64,000 bases of DNA from Octopus sinensis (taxonomy: Eukaryota): NCBI RefSeq assembly GCF_006345805.1, contig NC_043001.1, forward strand, positions 97,402,001 through 97,466,000, written 5' to 3'. Within the stretch, counting starts at the first letter, position 1; the number at the start of each line of letters is the position of its first letter. Below the pieces are notes generated by a model. It did not search any database, was not told the DNA's origin, and was given only the letters and a program-made list of their open reading frames with translations. Of the stretch, positions 42,503 through 56,200 are shown piece by piece. Position numbers and translations under genes: made by a program.

Positions 42503-42736
42503 ATGTATGTAAGTGTGTGTATATGTCTGTGTGTCTGTGTTTGTCCCCACAACATCGCTTGACAACTGATGCTGGTGTGTTTACCCTCACCGTAACTTAG
42601 CAGTACGGCAAAAGAGACCGTTCGAATAAGTACCAGGCTTACAAAGAAGAAGTCCTGGGGTCGATTTGTTCAATTAAAAAGGCGGTGCTCCAGCATGGCC
42701 ACAGCACATGACTGAAACAAGTAAAAGAGTAAAAGA

Positions 42737-42738
<2 letters not shown>
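42297..42738 (+). mobile_element. SINE family B
   Basis: Full-length, with internal (TG)n and tail (GTAAAAGA)n. Confidence 0.9.
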
Positions 42739-42770
<32 letters not shown>

Positions 42771-43167
42771 CTATCTATGCATCTATCTATCTATTTATCT
42801 ATCTGTATATATTTATGTGTGTGTGTGTCTATGTGTATCAAATTCTAAATTGTTTATATGCGTGTCTATACAAACGTACACGCATATGCGCCCACAAATA
42901 TATGATGAAAGAATAATTATGGAAATATATAAAGGATACGTAATCCGCACGAATGTTAGGTTCTCGAAGTTGGTATGTCAACATATATTGACAGGGTCAG
43001 ATATATAATCCCGGCTTATAGGCAAAGCGGATTATTCCTTCATGACATTTTCCTTTATATTAGCATGGATATCACTAACACTTATACCTTAATGGCGGTT
43101 TTCTTGCTGAGTGATATACTATGAAACTATCAGAGAAATATATTTCGTGATGCACAGAAGAAAACAA

Positions 43168-43290
43168 TACTCTTTACTCTTTTACTCTTTTACTTGTTTC
43201 AATCATTTGACTGTGGCCATGCTGGAGTACCGCCTTTTAGTCGAGCAAATCGAGCCCAGGACCTATTCTTTGGAAGCCCAGTACTTATTC
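43168..43290 (-). mobile_element. SINE family B, 3' portion only
   Basis: TACTCTTTTACTTGTTTCAATCATTTGACTGTGGCCATGCTGGAG...; truncated. Confidence 0.8.
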
Positions 43291-43883
43291 TAGTACTTAT
43301 ATATATATTTCTTTGTTTCTCTTTTTCACTCTCTCCTCCCCTCCTTAATTCCTTCGTTCCTCTTTTTCTTTGTCTTCTCTTCTCACGTGACTGTTGGCCG
43401 ACTGCTGGGCTTTTTGCGTTTGGCAGCACTCGCGGTCACATCGACACTTTTCCTCTGCCGTAAGGCTTAATTCCCAACATGCCAGCTGAATTCAATTCGT
43501 CTCCAGTCGAAAGACGCCTGTTGTTATGTCCTGTTATTATTATCATTATTTGTTTGTATTATTTTTGTATTTATATTCGTGTAACATCGTCCGTTTTTCC
43601 TTCCTTCTTTCGTATACATTCGAAACTTTTTTCCAAGGAATCTAATTCTCTTAGCTTAGTTTTAACTTGGGGCTGGCCAGATTGGAGTAATCTCAAGATT
43701 AGTCAGCCGAAATTGCGAGGATGATCCGGTTCTTGACTGAAGATTAAAGGCTTTGAATGAACCGTTCGTGTTTTTTGTATCGTCTTCTGGATGTTTTGCA
43801 TTCTTGTCCCATTTATATATATATATATACAAATATGTGTATGTGTGTGTGTGTATGCGTCTGTGTATATACTTGTAATTGCC

Positions 43884-43921
<38 letters not shown>

Positions 43922-44827
43922 GCACGATTTATTCGTGATCAGAGTTGTTCGAAAACCGAGCTACTAATGTATGTATATACACACAACTAAATTTCCAAAG
44001 AGAGACACGCCTAATAACATAATTTTTACCGATGTCCCACACTTAACGTATATATCTTGGATAAGTCCTTATTGGTTGCGGAATTCGTGAACGGAAAACC
44101 CCTTTTAGTTGCCCTGCGTTAAAAACCACTCAGTGCCTAAAACCAGACAAAGCGAACAAGAGGACGTGAACGAGATCAGGTGATATCGGTATTTCGCCCT
44201 GAATTTAGCTAATCACCAATGTATACCCGAATCACCTCGAAAGGAATTCGAGTGACTTGCCTGATCCATAAATGCAGGCTGAGTGAAATCTAACTGCGGA
44301 TGTGCAGCAACATCACACAAGTAAAACAAAAGTGTATTTTAAATGAGAACCTCCTCCAATTAACTAAGTGTTGCCGATGTTGAATTCTTATGACGCGTAT
44401 CGTAGCCACGAAGAGCAAGTATAAACCAAAGCATATACATGAAGTATATCGTATCAGTGCTTTTTAAATAATTAAGACTGTTTCTAAAGCAAAATTTAAT
44501 CTTCTTTTCTTTTGCAGCGGTGTGGCATAACAATAGAAATATTTTATGGTATATGAATATATACTTAGACATGCGTCACGATTTTTTTTTCAGTTGATTC
44601 GAGTATATTGTGCCGATGAGCAGACATAACAGCGCCATATCGATATTCACTGTTCTTGATCAAGTACGGGGTTATTGATCTCGTCTGATTTAGAGTTTTC
44701 AGTGATTTCTAAATACCCACATCTTTTCACGCAAACACGCAAAATGACACTCACACACATACAAACACACGAATACAAATATACACACACGGGAACTCCC
44801 ACGCATATACACATATATACATAATAT

Positions 44828-45125
44828 GGAGCATGACTTAATCGTTAGGGCATTGTACTCACAATTGTGAGATCTAAGTTATTTTTCATAGACCAAGGAT
44901 GCGCTGTGATCTTGAGAAAAAATACATCATTTCACGTTGCTCTGCTGTAAATTCGTCATCTGACATGTGGCACATCGGGCACCTCTACAGGCATTGACGA
45001 TTTGGTGGAGGGAGCAAGATTATGGGAATCCAAAGATTTGATTCCTATAAACAAGACAACTATATGGTTATTCACAGGACATTGCGGAACGGCTTTATTA
45101 TAAAATCTAACGATGGTAGAGTCCG
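44828..45125 (+). mobile_element. Old SINE family D-like copy
   Basis: Degenerate tRNA head and TCTTGAG...TTTCACGTTGCTC body. Confidence 0.5.
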
Positions 45126-45129
45126 TATT

Positions 45130-45336
45130 CATTCTTTTAATTCTTTAGTTATTTGACTGTGGCCAGATTAAAGCAGTTCCATAAAGGGTTTTACTCGCAG
45201 AAATCGACATCGAAAGTCTAGTACTTATTCTGTTGATACATTTTGCCGAACCGTTCAGTTACTTGAACGTAAACACACCAACATCAGTTGTCAAGCGATG
45301 GTAGGAAGCACAGACACAAAGACACACACGCATATG

Positions 45337-45375
<39 letters not shown>

Positions 45376-45781
45376 GCGTATGTATATATATATACATGTG
45401 TATGTATATGTACATACATACATATATATATATATATATTATATATTATATTAAATTAGAGATAAAACCATTATTAGGCAAATCATACAATGAAAAACTT
45501 AAACCAATACATAAGATTAATTAATTTATATTATTTTAATATATATCAAAATTATTAAAAAAAGATAATTAGTATAACACTAATTATCTTTTTTTAATAA
45601 TTTTGATATATATTTAAAATAATATAAATTAATTAATCTTATGTGTTGGCTTAAGTTTTTCATTGTATGATTTGCCTAATAGTGGTTTTATCTCTAATCT
45701 AATATAATATTTTACTATAAAATTGGATTCAATCCTAAATCTGATTTTTCCCTGTAAGTTTGGATTTATTCCCTAATATTT

Positions 45782-45847
<66 letters not shown>

Positions 45848-46012
45848 AGACAACATGCTTCTTTCAGGTTACATCTACTAAATCTCAACAAGGCTTTGGT
45901 CGGTCCGAGACTATAGTGGAAGACACTCCACCAAGGTGCCACGCATTACGACTGAACCGGAAACAATATGGTTGGAAAGCAAGCTTCGTACCAAAGAGCC
46001 AAACCTGCGTCT
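45130..46012 (-). mobile_element. SINE family B split at its internal microsatellite by a later insertion
   Basis: 3' half at ~45130-45330, 5' half at ~45856-46012, palindromic insert between them. Confidence 0.75.
45443..45786. mobile_element. AT-rich palindrome (~130-bp arms, 5-nt loop) with one-sided tail, inserted in (TA)n
   Basis: Arms 45443-45573 and 45579-45710 are near-perfect reverse complements; tail 45711-45786. Confidence 0.8.
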
Positions 46013-46361
46013 CTCTTACCTCTATCTCTCTCCATCTTTCTTTCTCTGGATCTCCCTCTATATATATATATATATATATAATATATTTATACAAAATATA
46101 AAGAGGTAAAGAATATACGTGACATTGAGATTTCTGCTTAACCAGGCATACCATTCACGAGGTTAGGGAAGAAAAAATTTTAATCTTAATTTCACTTACA
46201 TAATTTTACACATTTGAAAGCCTGTATCTTAATGAAACAGCTGTTGGAGAATATTACAATATGAATATATGAAACTTCTCCTTTTATTCATTTAGACAAT
46301 ATTTTCCTGTTCAATTCACTGTAACCGCTTATATCTATCTATTCATCTAAATATCGGTGAA

Positions 46362-46444
<83 letters not shown>

Positions 46445-46447
<3 letters not shown>

Positions 46448-46658
46448 AGGTCCCGGGTTGAGTCGGGGTTAACCACAGTAAATAAGGTACTCAATACATA
46501 GCAGAGTAAATTAATTTATTTTATAGAAGGAGCTTCTACAGGACTAGAACTGTTTCATTCAAATGAAATCTTCAGGAAGCTCCTGAAGATTTCCTGAAGC
46601 TTCCTGAAGATTTCATTTGAATGAAACAGTTCTAGTCCTGTAGAAGCTCCTTCTATAA

Positions 46659-46663
<5 letters not shown>
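46445..46663. mobile_element. Penelope-like end with perfect 66-bp inverted repeat, in (TA)n
   Basis: 46516-46581 is the exact reverse complement of 46598-46663; the spacer consists of reiterated TCCTGAAG. Confidence 0.8.
46598..46648 (+). ncRNA. Type I hammerhead ribozyme (mirror copy on the minus strand at 46531-46581)
   Basis: AGCUUC-CUGAAGA-uUUCauuuGAAu-GAAA-CAG uucuaguc CUG-U-A-GAAGCU: 6-bp stem I, full core, 4-bp stem III, GUA triplet; U.U closes stem II. Confidence 0.7.
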
Positions 46664-46719
<56 letters not shown>

Positions 46720-46849
46720 GGGAAACATTTCCAGCCCGGATGTATTGCTTATGCACCACATAATTAAAGTATGGCTTTCTTTGATATTTATACCTCAATT
46801 CTATACATGAAAACATCGGAACGTACGCTAAAAAACACTTACACGCACA

Positions 46850-46904
<55 letters not shown>

Positions 46905-47247
46905 TATGCTCAAAATAATCAGTAGACAAAGAATAGTAATTCTAATGCGTTATAGCACATTTCACAGAAAGCTACCTTTTTTCCAGACTATGTATGTAGT
47001 ATCAAGTGTTATTACACATAAGTCATAATTATACCAATTTCAAAAATAAATATAATTGTTAAATGGAAATAAAGTTAAATGTGATGTGCTATTATTTTAC
47101 TCTATACCTATAAATTGCTTTAAGTATCAATTAATTACAAATATCCTACGCTGGTTAATACTGCATAACATAAGTAGAAGTGAATATTTTTGCTGAATTT
47201 GACATTAAAATTTCACACCTTATATATTGATGTATTTCTACATACAC

Positions 47248-47278
<31 letters not shown>

Positions 47279-47282
<4 letters not shown>

Positions 47283-48440
47283 GAATGGAGTCGAACGACG
47301 ATTTTAACAAAATTCCTTTACTTTCGACACATATTTCGAAGACTGCATATTCTTAATTCCGAAGGAATAAAGGGTGCATTATGCCGCCTTCTCATCAGGA
47401 AAGACAAGGAACCTATGTCAGCATTATGACGAACAAAAACTTTTAGATGACTGCCCACATGGAGTCCACAGTGATAATGAGTGTTTCTTTAAAATATTCC
47501 GTTATAAGTAGTGACGTCAAAATTGGTTGGATGGAGAAGGTTCTAAAAAGTCCAAGAGTTCAAAAATGGTTGGAAGGAGAAAGTTCTAAGAATAGGAAGG
47601 GGACAGAGTGCAAGTCGTATGTATGGGGATGCGTGGTTGTTTGCTTTTGCTAATGAGTTTGAGTGTCTATGTGTGTGTATGAATATAACTGCATTCGTGT
47701 CTGTGTGTGTGTATGTGTGTGCGTGATTGTGTGTGGGTGGGACAAATGCCAAATACATCTAGTGGTGAAGTGAAAGGTTTGTGTCTGTGTGTTTGATTGA
47801 GCTTATGATAGAGAGAGGGAGAGAGAGAGAGGGGGGAGAGGTAGAGAGACAGAGGTAAAACAAATATAGAAGAAGACACCGGTACCGGAAGAAAATTTAC
47901 ACTGGTAAATGGAATTTTTAATTTTGGAATTACTGAACATGTTTGGACATGTTTGGGGTATGTTTTACCTCTGTCTCTCTACCTCTCCCCTCTCTCTCTC
48001 TCTCCCTCTCTCTATCATAAGCACAATCAAACACACAGACACAAACTTGTCACTTCACCACTGGATGTATTTGGCATTTGTTCCACCCACACACAATCCA
48101 TAGTAAGATACGCGAAAGAATACAATATAATTTCCAGGAAATGCCTTTTCTCTGCTCCAAGGAATCCCTGTCTATTCTGTGGATTAATTAGATCATTAAT
48201 AGATGCTCCTAAGCCATCTATATTCCTCCCTGTGTCTGGGAATTTTGTATCCCTGCCTTACGGGATACAATATCATAGTTAAGGAGATAGACAAAGAACA
48301 TGTTTTACCTACAACATCATAGTTACAACTATGATGTTGTGGGTAAAATTTGTTCTTTGCCTATCTCCTTAACTTCTTGGAGATTTTAGGCAGAATTATC
48401 ATGTGTCCTAATTTAATTAAATTCTATGACTTTGTGCAGC
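47279..48440. mobile_element. Composite Penelope-like insertion between (TA)n tracts
   Basis: Hammerhead at the left end, ~137-bp inverted repeats (47724-47861 / 47960-48098) and a ~48-bp-arm hairpin (48277-48374). Confidence 0.7.
47313..47411 (-). ncRNA. Type I hammerhead ribozyme with long stem II
   Basis: Minus strand CUUUC-CUGAUGA-GAAGGC...GUCUUC-GAAA-UAUGUG-UC-GAAAG: intact core, canonical G10.1-C11.1 pair, minimal stem III, GUC site, stem I extended by UUCCUU/AAGGAA. Confidence 0.82.
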
Positions 48441-48473
48441 TGAAGGTTGTATGTATATATATATATATATATG

Positions 48474-48588
<115 letters not shown>

Positions 48589-49082
48589 TATATATATAAT
48601 ATATATATACATACACTCACACAAACACATATTTATACAACCGAAATATTCCCGCTTGCCCCTGAGACTTCCATTTCCATAGGAAGTTCATCTACATAAG
48701 GTGCTGAAGCATTTCGAATGTTGGCACGTAACACTTTTGCCCATATATTTCCAGAAGTTCATCGCGCTTTTTTCCTTCTTTTGTATCCTAAACTACCTTT
48801 CACGCCTTGCATATATGCTTCTTTGAGTGAATGTTTCTATTTATGTATTTGTGTACATTTATACACATGTTGAACTGAACATGTGTGTATTTTCTCTCTG
48901 GTTCATATATGCATACAGGTAGATTAGGGTGACACAGTGTAGCACTGTGTATATTATGAATCGAGTGTTACCTCTTAATCCTATCAGAATCTGGACAGTT
49001 GTTGAAGAGACGTGATAGAAATGAGAACGGCGTTCGATAGAAGAGGAAGACGTGTGTGGTACGGAAGTCGAAACGGATATTC

Positions 49083-49503
49083 CTTATTTCTTTACTGCCC
49101 ACAAGGGGCTAAACATAGAGAGGACAAACAAGGACAGACAAACGGAGTAAGTCAATTATATCGACCCCAGTGGGTAACTGGCACCTATTTAATCGATCCC
49201 GAAAGTATGAAAGGCAAAGGCGACCTCGGCGGAATTTGAACTCAGAACGTAGCGGCAGACGAAATACCTATTTCTATTTTTTTACTACCCACTAGGAGCT
49301 AAACACGGAGAGGCCAGACAAGGACAGACAAACGGATTAATTCGATTATATCGACACCAGTGCGTAACTGGTACTTATTTAATCGACCACGAAAGGCTGA
49401 AAGCCAAAGCCGACCTCGGCGTAATTTGAACTCAGAACGTAGCCGCAGACGAAATACCGCTAAGCATTTTGCCCGGCGTGCTAACGTCTCTACCAGCTCG
49501 CCG
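49083..49503 (-). mobile_element. SINE family A dimer
   Basis: Head at ~49503, two bodies, junction GAAATACCTATTTC at 49261-49274. Confidence 0.87.
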
Positions 49504-50517
49504 GTCATTTCTGAGGCGAGAGTGTTACACTATATATATATATTAGAACGGGTTTGAGGCAGAAGTAAATAATAATTCTTCATATGGTTGTATAACATTT
49601 TTAGTGTGGCCAAGCATAGAACAATGAATATTTTTAATATTGATCTTCAACGTTGTTGTTATTGGTTTCACTTCTAAGAAGGCAATTTATGACATTTAGA
49701 TTCCTAGCATTACAAACCACGTGTCATAAATATTTGGACAAAATGCAACGTAGCATTTAAGTTCCATTACCTGCTTTGTTGAAATCCCAACAAAGCCGAC
49801 ATCGAATTTCATCCTCACGAGGCTGATGCAATTTTCTATCCCCTCCTCACCTAGAGAAAATGTCGCTTTGTCCCTTAGTAAGAAGCCAATATGAATAAAT
49901 TGTACGCCGGCATTATGATATATTACGACAACTGGAAAATATGATTTAGTGTAGTTGTGATTTTGAATCCTATTTCCGTTATTGCTGAATCATTGATTTT
50001 CTAATATTACTGAAACCATAAATCTGAAATGAGTTCATAACACTAACACTACACCTATGCCTTTAAGCTTGGAAGTATTGATTACATTGAAAAATGTTCG
50101 TTTTCCCGAAGTATTTCAACCTCAATTATGTTCTTCATTTTTTTTTAATGCATGTAGATAAACCGACTGTGTTCGGATATTTCGCCACAGTGTGTGATAT
50201 AATATTATAACAAGGAGGTCACTCTATCGCTGTACAAGTAGATATAACTGTATATGAGCTTTGACATCTATCGTTCAGTATATTTATCAGCTATTCATGT
50301 GGAATACTGCAGCTCAGGCAAATAATATATTTTACCATATTACAAAATTCTTCGCTATCAAGATATACATCAATCAAAAGTAACAAGCCCTTTATCTAAG
50401 TAGCTGTTATTATAGTCGCATAAAAATAAGTTTAAACATTAATAAAACAAAAAAAAGGATGTTAATGCATTGGTACTGATATGCATACATAAGCATCTAT
50501 CTATCTATCTATCTACA

Positions 50518-50600
<83 letters not shown>

Positions 50601-50711
50601 ATATATATATATATATTATATATATATATATATGTTAATGCATTGGTACTGATATGCATACATCTATCTATCTATCTACATATATATATACATATCTATC
50701 TATCTATCTAC

Positions 50712-50781
<70 letters not shown>

Positions 50782-50802
50782 TCATATATATATATATGTA
50801 TA

Positions 50803-50897
<95 letters not shown>

Positions 50898-50915
50898 ATA
50901 TACGTGTGTGTGTGT

Positions 50916-51150
50916 GATCCCTGCTGTACTCTTTCACCACAACTTTCTCTCTCTTACTTCCTGTTTCTGTTGTACCTGTATTTCAAAGGGCCGTCCTTGT
51001 CACTCTCTGTGTCACGCTGAATATCCCCGAGAACTACGGTAAGGGTACACGTGTCTGGAGTGCTCAGCCACTTACACGTTAATTTCAAGAGCAGGCTGCT
51101 CCGTTGATCGGATCAACGGAACCCTCGTCGTCGTAACCGACGGAGTGCTT
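50916..51150 (+). mobile_element. 5'-truncated SINE related to family C, with a different 3' tail
   Basis: Shares TGTACTCTTTC.CCACAACTTTCTCTC...CTTCCTGTTTC with 4893-4937, then diverges; embedded in (TA)n. Confidence 0.6.
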
Positions 51151-51159
51151 CCTTATATA

Positions 51160-51235
<76 letters not shown>

Positions 51236-51883
51236 CGTATATATATACGTATATATATATACGTATATATATATATATATGTATAAATATATATATATAC
51301 ATATATATTAATAAAAGAAATAAAACATATGCATATATATAAACATATATGTACGTACCTAACTCTACATGTACATATACACGCATATATGAGTACATAT
51401 ACAAAGATATATAGATAGATAGATATAGATATATATACATATATATTTATATAAATATATGTGTGTGTGTGTATGTGTACATGTATACTTATATACATAT
51501 GTGTGCGTGCGCATGTCTATTCTTGAAATTGCATCGAAACAAGTGTATAGCATGGGAGCATGAAGAAAATAACAGTTTATTAACTCTGCTGAAGATAGAT
51601 AAATACCATACATATACAAATAACAGGACACATGCAAAACACCCACCGTCTCTGCTTAACCATCCGATTTTAAATGAAAACAACAGAGCCACAAATATAG
51701 AAAAAGCAAGGCGTTTTGCGAAATATTACACAATAATGGTTCCAAAATCTACACCGTATCCAGCACAGACATTCAATATCACAATGAAATAAGAACTACT
51801 CACTAACTAACTGGAATGAAGTCGTATGTCACAGCAAACGCCAAAATAAATTCTAATTGCGAAACTAATCTGATTTCCCACCA

Positions 51884-51963
<80 letters not shown>

Positions 51964-51976
51964 TAATAATAATAAT

Positions 51977-52314
51977 GTGTCTCTAAAAGAAATGGAGAAA
52001 CTCACAAAATACAAAGACCTGGAAATAGAGGTAACTAGAATGTGGAATCTGAAAACAGAAACAATTCCTATCATAGTAGGTGCATTAGGCATGATAAAAA
52101 AATATTCAGACAAATACATAACAAAAACACCAGGACTTACAAACACATATAACATACAGAAAATTGCACTATTAGGCACTGCACACATCCTACGCAGAAC
52201 ACTTTCCATACAATAACCATCAGAGCATCACAACAAATCACAGCACATACTCAAGGCACACAGAGCTGCGCTCGGTAGTGAAGTGAAAGCACGCTATAAA
52301 AATAAAACTACTGA
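51977..52314 (+). mobile_element. 5'-truncated R4/Dong-clade LINE (second subfamily) in (TAA)n
   Basis: Encodes KLTKYKDLEIEVTRMW...PIIVGALG...QKIALLGTAHILRR, homologous to the C-terminus of the 55743-57212 ORF but with a different 3' UTR; (TAA)n on both sides (51885-51976, 52315-52502). Confidence 0.92.
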
Positions 52315-52344
52315 ATAATGATAATAATAATAATAATAATAATA

Positions 52345-52502
<158 letters not shown>

Positions 52503-52539
52503 GGCGGCTGGACGTGACAGAGGATGGACGTATTTTTAG

Positions 52540-52608
52540 GATGCTCTGAACTGGCAACAGCGAACCCAGCAGGTCAACTGTAGAAAACTGGAAGATCTAC
52601 TGTTTTCT
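52540..52608 (+). other. Possible isolated 69-nt phase-0 exon
   Basis: tttttag|GAT GCT CTG ... TTT TCT|gtaagt; open frame DALNWQQRTQQVNCRKLEDLLFS; no partner exon found. Confidence 0.25.
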
Positions 52609-53260
52609 GTAAGTAATTTGAATTACCCTCAAAATAAGTAAAAATAAAAAACTTACATATCTACAGCTCATACAAACGTACACCTAACAAGAAAAATTAG
52701 AAACATACATATCTCCAATTCTGTGTGAACATTTACATTTAGTCGTCTCTCATGACTATAAGAATGTGTAAAATTGCCTTTTAAATTACCTTTTATTGTA
52801 ACAACACAATTAAATGCACGATAAAAAGTTATGGAATTAAGCACCTACTACTATATACATACAACTGAATTCAGAAATTTAAAAATATATACATAACATT
52901 GAACTCAGAAAGTTATTTAAAAAAAAGAAAAAAAATCTTCGACGAATACATCAGATAATATGTGTGAGTGAATATACATATATATACATATACATATGCA
53001 TGTGGTGAAGAAGAAAAGAGAAAGGGAAAAAATAATAATAAATAAACGTAAACAGGTTTGACCTTTTACTGACCATTAACGTCCTTTGTCTCCACCATCT
53101 ACCGTGGCTATTTATAGACCCAAGAACATGAATTCTTTAACCACCCATTCTCCAACACAATGGAGTGTTGATGGTGGCTGTGGCTACACATTGAAGATGA
53201 TGATGGTGATGTTGCTGATGATGGTGATGGTGGTGAAGATGATAGTAATAACAATAATAA

Positions 53261-56200
53261 CTGACAGATCCCGTCTTTTTCCCTTTCTTTTCGTTTCCTT
53301 CTCCGTATTTTATTCTCATTATTTCGAACTAATACAGACACAGTAAGCCTTGAAGAAAGGAAGAGGAGGAAAGGAGGGAAAAAAAAAAAAAAAAAAAAAT
53401 GTCCGGAGATAAAACTATCAACAACAAAAATACAGACGAATATAGATCTGCTAGTCTTAAGAAGCGGCGCTATGAGCAATGCTTACATGTAGTGAACCCT
53501 AAACTGACAGAGCCATCTCCTAATATAAGAATGGATGCTCGTCATGCTTCAAGGTCAACAAATCAAACAATAAACCGCATTGGTCATTGCGCGGATTACA
53601 AAAGACCACGTACCCGAAAATTGAACCAAATCCTGATTGAAAAATCAGTTACTGGATCAAATCTTCCCAACACACAGGAGCTGGACGAACCCCACAACCG
53701 GAATATTCCAACAGATGGCCATCCATGCTCATCACCAAATAATCAAAAGAAAAAGAAGGAAAAATGGTCTAGGGAAGATAATAAAGAAGTTCTTGAGGCC
53801 TTCTACCATGCCATATATTTCCCCACAGATAAGTCTAGCACTGTACAAGCATACTTAAACTGGAGACAGAAACACCCTGAAGTAAGACCCTACATAGACA
53901 GTAACAAGCTTGCCAATGTTAGAAGAAACATTATAAAAGATATTACTGACTGAAGTAGAGATTGATCAGGTTAGACAAGCAATATCGGATAAAATGAACG
54001 AAGCTGCAGCTAGAGAAGATAATACAGAGGAAATGATTATAGACCAGCCCAGGGCGGATAAAAACGAAGAGAGGATTGAAAGAGTTAGTATAAGTGATAG
54101 GCAAAGTGAAATACGCCCTGAACCAATCATAAACACTAAGACAGATGAGCATCAAATAGATAAAGAAAGTCACACAAATATTGACCCAACAGAACTACAT
54201 GAGCTAAAAAATCAAATCATGATTGAATGGCTGAAAATTAAAGAAACCAGCATGGATGAGCGTGATACACTTCCTAAAATCCGCAACTCTAACCAAAACA
54301 TGAAAATAATTGGTAAAATCCGGCTTGCACTTAAGGATATAATTTCAGTTAATGATGTTGATATCACAAACCTCAACCACCTATACTATGCATCCGCGAA
54401 AATCTCAACGATCCTATGTGGTGTAAAGATTAGAAAACGGCAACAGTCCCACAAAAAGCCTTCTTGGCAAGAGCGTCTGCAACAACAAATTAAAGTATTT
54501 AGATCTGACATTGAATATTTGAAAAACCTTAAGGCTCACAAGACTACCAAACCTACAAAAACCCAAAAATACTGAAAAAATACAATATGAAAACTATACT
54601 TGATATTGATGCCACCATAGAAACCATCAAACAAAAGGTATCTGCCAAAGCTGCCCGCATAGCGAGGTATGAAAAGCGTGTTAGATTTTTCAAGGACAAC
54701 AACATGTTCAAAAATAACACCAAGAATTTTTACAGGAAGATAGGAAAAACAGCGTTTACTGCAGGGTCTGTACCATCAAAAGAAGAAGTGCAGAGATTTT
54801 GGAATAAAATCTGGGCAGAAGAAAAAACACACAACGAAAAGGCCCCCTGGATTGACAGAATATCTACAGAACTGGACCCCTTAGAAGAGCAAAAGTGGGA
54901 GGGTGTCAAGGTAGAAGATATAAGATCTGCTCTCAGGAGGTCAAGCAAATGGAAGTCTCCAGGAAAGGATAAAATTCCTAACTTCTGGCTGAATGCCTTC
55001 CCAGAGAGCCATGAACTGCTAACAGAACTGTACAATGATGTTTTGCAACACCCTAGTAGGATGCCTCCTTGGCTAGTTAATGGGTTAACATTCCTGCTTC
55101 CAAAAAGTGAAGAAACAAATGAACCAAAAAACTATAGACCCATAACCTGCTTAACAACTATGTACAAAACACTAACATCTGTCCTGACGGAATATACCTA
55201 TAGTTTTTTAACAGACAGCAGCATATTCCCTAATGAACAGAAAGGATGTAAACGTGGATCCTACGGCTGTAAAGACCAACTACTCATCAATAAGATGATC
55301 TTAGAAGATTGTCACAAACGACACAAAAACTTATCAATAGCCTGGATAGACTATAAAAAGGCTTTTGATAGCCTACCACATAGCTGGATTAGGAAATGCC
55401 TTGAAATGTATAAGATAGCACCAACTCTGCGAAACTTCTTGACTGTAAGTATGAGATCATGGAGAACCACACTAACTCTGAACAGTGACAGTGAATCCCT
55501 AAATGCTGGTGATGTAAAAATTCGTGTGGCATTTTCCAGGGTGACTCACTGTCACCACTCCTCTTTTGTTTATCCTTAATACCTCTCTCAAAGCTGCTCA
55601 ATGACGCGCAGTACGGGTATAAAATGTTTGATAAAAATATAAATCATCTCGTTTACATGGATGATTTAAAGCTTTTTGCAAAAATGATCAACAACTCAAG
55701 GGCTTACTAGCGATAGTCAAACAATTCAGTGACGACATCAGAATGCAATTCGGCCTCGATAAATGTGCAAAGGCTACCTTTATCAAAGGAAAAATGACAG
55801 AAACATCTAACGTTAACCTTGACCAACAGAATGTCATAAAAGAACTAGACCCAGCGGAGAGCTACAAGTACCTAGGGGTATTTGAAGGGAACGGAATAAG
55901 GCATTCAGAGATGAAGGAAAGGATCAGGAGAGAATGCTATCGAAGAGTGAGAGCAATACTCAAGACAGAGCTGAATGCAAGAAACAGGATCGAAGCAATC
56001 AATGCATTAGCTATACCAGTCGTGACTTACAGTTTCAATATTGTTAACTGGTCAATTACTGAAATATGTCAGCTCGACAGAAAAATAAGGAAACTGTTGA
56101 CAATGCATAGAATGCACCACCCTAAGGCAGATACAGAACGACTCTATCTGCCAAGAAAAGAGGGAGGCCGTGGTCTTTTGCAACTGGCAATAACAATGAA

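Noticed and set aside
43300-43812. Segment between TA tracts with CGGTTC...TGACTGAAG...GAACCG as a hammerhead-bearing pLTR
   Set aside because: Probably a repeat remnant, but GAAA, stem III and the cleavage site cannot be assigned.
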